This document shows positions 62,508 to 64,000 of a DNA stretch of 64,000 nucleotides, one piece after another. Origin of the DNA: an uncultured Eubacteriales bacterium (lineage in GTDB: Bacteria; Acidobacteriota; Aminicenantia; Aminicenantales; Aminicenantaceae); assembly GCA_964429795.1 (NCBI GenBank), contig CAYSCW010000002.1, forward strand, positions 23,431 to 87,430, given 5' to 3'. The first letter of the stretch is position 1; every line of letters begins with the position of its first letter. Position numbers and translations under genes: made by a program. Under the pieces are notes generated by a model. It was not told the origin of the DNA. It searched no databases and was given only the letters and a program-made list of their open reading frames with translations.

Positions 62508-64000
62508 CTATTTTATTTTCTTGGGATAGGGAGGAATTTTGGGAATTTCTTTCTCTTGTGTTTTCAGCTCTTCCAGGATAACTTCGATAGCCTTGTTTAG
62601 CTGCTCATCGATTCCAGCAAATTCTTTAGCTGGATCATTATCCACATAGATGTCAGGCTCAACGCCTTTTCCTTCGATGATCCATTCTTTTCCATCCAGG
62701 CTGTAGGAAGCAAATTCGGGTTTCATCAGAAAGCCTCCATCCAAAAGAGGCAGGGGACCACGGATACCGACTACACCGCCCCATGTCCTTTTCCCGATCA
62801 GTTTTCCGAGTTTATACTGGCGGAAGCGATAAGGAAAGATATCTCCATCTGAAGCCGAAAATTCGTCGATCAGACAAACCTTAGGACCCATCATCACCTC
62901 TTCAGGATCTGGTTGCGGAGTGGTATCCCGAGACATGCCGATCATCGCTGCCTCTCGGCGAAGGCGCTCGATGAGCATTGGAGACACACTTCCCCCACCA
63001 TTGCCCCGAACATCGATAATCAAAGCCTTCTTGCGCAGCTGAGGGTAAAAATGTTTCACGAATTCATTCAATCCTGTGGTTGACATATCCGGGACATGGA
63101 TGTAGCCAACCTTTCCGTCTGTGGCTTTGTTGACTTTATCGATATTGTTCTCAACCCAGTTATAATAGTATAAAGAGAGCTCATCTTTGAGCGGAATCAC
63201 AACGACTTCCCGGCTCCCCTTCTCCTCTGGTATTGAATTTACGCGGAGAGTGACTTGTTTGCCTTCAGTATCGAATAAGGCTTCATACATGTCGGTCATG
63301 GTGTTAGTAGGTTTTCCTTGGAGAGCCAAGATATAATCACCCTCCTTGATGTTGACCCCAATCTCTGTCAAAGGCGAACGGAGATTCTTGTCCCAGTTTT
63401 CTCCCTTAAGGATCTTGGTGACTTGATAATAGCCAGATTTTTCATCTTTCTTGAATTGAGCACCGAGCATTCCCACATTGATTCTCTTGGGCTGAGGCAT
63501 ATCTCCACCTCCTACATAGGTGTGACCGACATTCAACTCTCCGACCATCTCTCCTATAACATATGTCAGATCAGCCCTGTGATGGACAGCCTGGGCCAAA
63601 GGTTCGTAGCGCCGTCTCATCTCTTCCCAGTCCACTCCATGCATATCGGGAGCGTAGAAAAAGTATTTCATCTGCCGCCAGCATTCGTTGAATATCTGAT
63701 TCCATTCCTCTCTCAAGTTTAACTTCACCTCCATTTGAGAAAGATCCAGCTTTTCCTTCAGCTTGATTGGCGCTTGGGGGAGATCTATGATGGCGTAAGA
63801 ATTCTCCTGAGAGACAAGAATCTTTTTCTGATCGGCGGAAATCTCGTAACCATTGATTTCGCCAAGGTCGGTTTCTTTCTGGTTTTTCAAATCATACATG
63901 AGGAGAGAAGCTTTTTTCTCCCTGTCCTCTCTCTTCATATAATAGATCTTGTCTCCCACCGAGGTGACATCCCCGTAATTCGCTGTCTCAACAGGGAGGC
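62508..64000 (-). CDS. Tricorn-protease homolog (S41-family), C-terminal part; gene continues beyond the window end
   Basis: The frame is open to position 64000 (...LPVETANYGDVTSVGDKIYYMKRE...). Beta-propeller-like blades, PDZ-like segment, S41 catalytic region ...IIDVRGNGGGSVSPMLIERL... and ...DEFSASDGDIF... The track's 63959 start is an internal GTG. Confidence 0.8.
   Translation of the reverse strand, partial: LPVETANYGDVTSVGDKIYYMKREDREKKASLLMYDLKNQKETDLGEINGYEISADQKKILVSQENSYAIIDLPQAPIKLKEKLDLSQMEVKLNLREEWNQIFNECWRQMKYFFYAPDMHGVDWEEMRRRYEPLAQAVHHRADLTYVIGEMVGELNVGHTYVGGGDMPQPKRINVGMLGAQFKKDEKSGYYQVTKILKGENWDKNLRSPLTEIGVNIKEGDYILALQGKPTNTMTDMYEALFDTEGKQVTLRVNSIPEEKGSREVVVIPLKDELSLYYYNWVENNIDKVNKATDGKVGYIHVPDMSTTGLNEFVKHFYPQLRKKALIIDVRGNGGGSVSPMLIERLRREAAMIGMSRDTTPQPDPEEVMMGPKVCLIDEFSASDGDIFPYRFRQYKLGKLIGKRTWGGVVGIRGPLPLLDGGFLMKPEFASYSLDGKEWIIEGKGVEPDIYVDNDPAKEFAGIDEQLNKAIEVILEELKTQEKEIPKIPPYPKKIK

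Noticed and set aside
1-64000. tRNA, rRNA, CRISPR arrays, transposases/integrases, prophage or defence-system genes
   Set aside because: Scanning both strands found no tRNA-like T-loop/acceptor combinations and no rRNA-like stretches. There are no regularly spaced direct repeats and no ORFs with transposase, integrase, recombinase, nuclease or helicase signatures. The mosaic repeats are irregularly spaced and internally heterogeneous, unlike a CRISPR array.

Overview
This 64-kb window is dense, mostly housekeeping chromosome from an unidentified bacterium, probably diderm given the outer-membrane beta-barrel protein, Lgt/LspA and ExbD. Coding density is about 90% and GC looks mid-40s % by eye (not computed). 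I found no rRNA, tRNA, CRISPR array, transposase, integrase or phage genes.

The gene content, in order, is as follows.
- Near the start: nrnA (5' partial), truB, a Na+-dependent NSS transporter with an overlapping 31-codon membrane micro-ORF, and two tandem half-length DUF507 ORFs.
- rmlD on the minus strand, then a secreted PKD-domain outer-membrane protein.
- A long plus-strand run: ACT-domain protein, a degenerate thymidine-phosphorylase-like protein, a GT4 glycosyltransferase, an OPT oligopeptide transporter and CstA.
- A TIGR04076-like small protein, an orphan ExbD with a CXXS thioredoxin-like membrane protein, and an acyl-CoA dehydrogenase.
- A TIGR03960/DUF2344 radical-SAM fusion abutting the rodA-mrdA-mreD-mreC-mreB morphogenesis cluster.
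- A second OPT transporter co-oriented with a PqqD/RRE-like protein, then def-fmt and an M23 peptidase.
- A split methylmalonyl-CoA-mutase-family pair, an SDR, acnB, and a plus-strand TCA cluster (icd, mdh, fumarate hydratase beta subunit only, sucC, sucD).
- A secreted M14 carboxypeptidase, a ChaN-PDZ lipoprotein, an MFS transporter and an EF-G paralog whose switch-II catalytic His is replaced (DTPGH to DCPGY).
- rluD-lgt-lspA-ileS, nadB-nadC, a flippase-like membrane protein, an opine-dehydrogenase-family protein, tldD-pmbA, a nitroreductase, a DUF362-like ORF, a Zn-ribbon thioredoxin and a tricorn-protease homolog (5' partial).

The clearest non-genic signal is a mosaic, modular intergenic repeat family that the gene models do not explain. 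It has at least five substantial copies plus possible fragments. Shared modules include a 33-nt consensus ATCTCCATTTCCGTGATAGCTAATGATGAGGGA. Modules occur in both orientations and are reshuffled between copies, always between genes.

The ORF track reports GTG and TTG starts as M, so several starts below were re-placed by hand.
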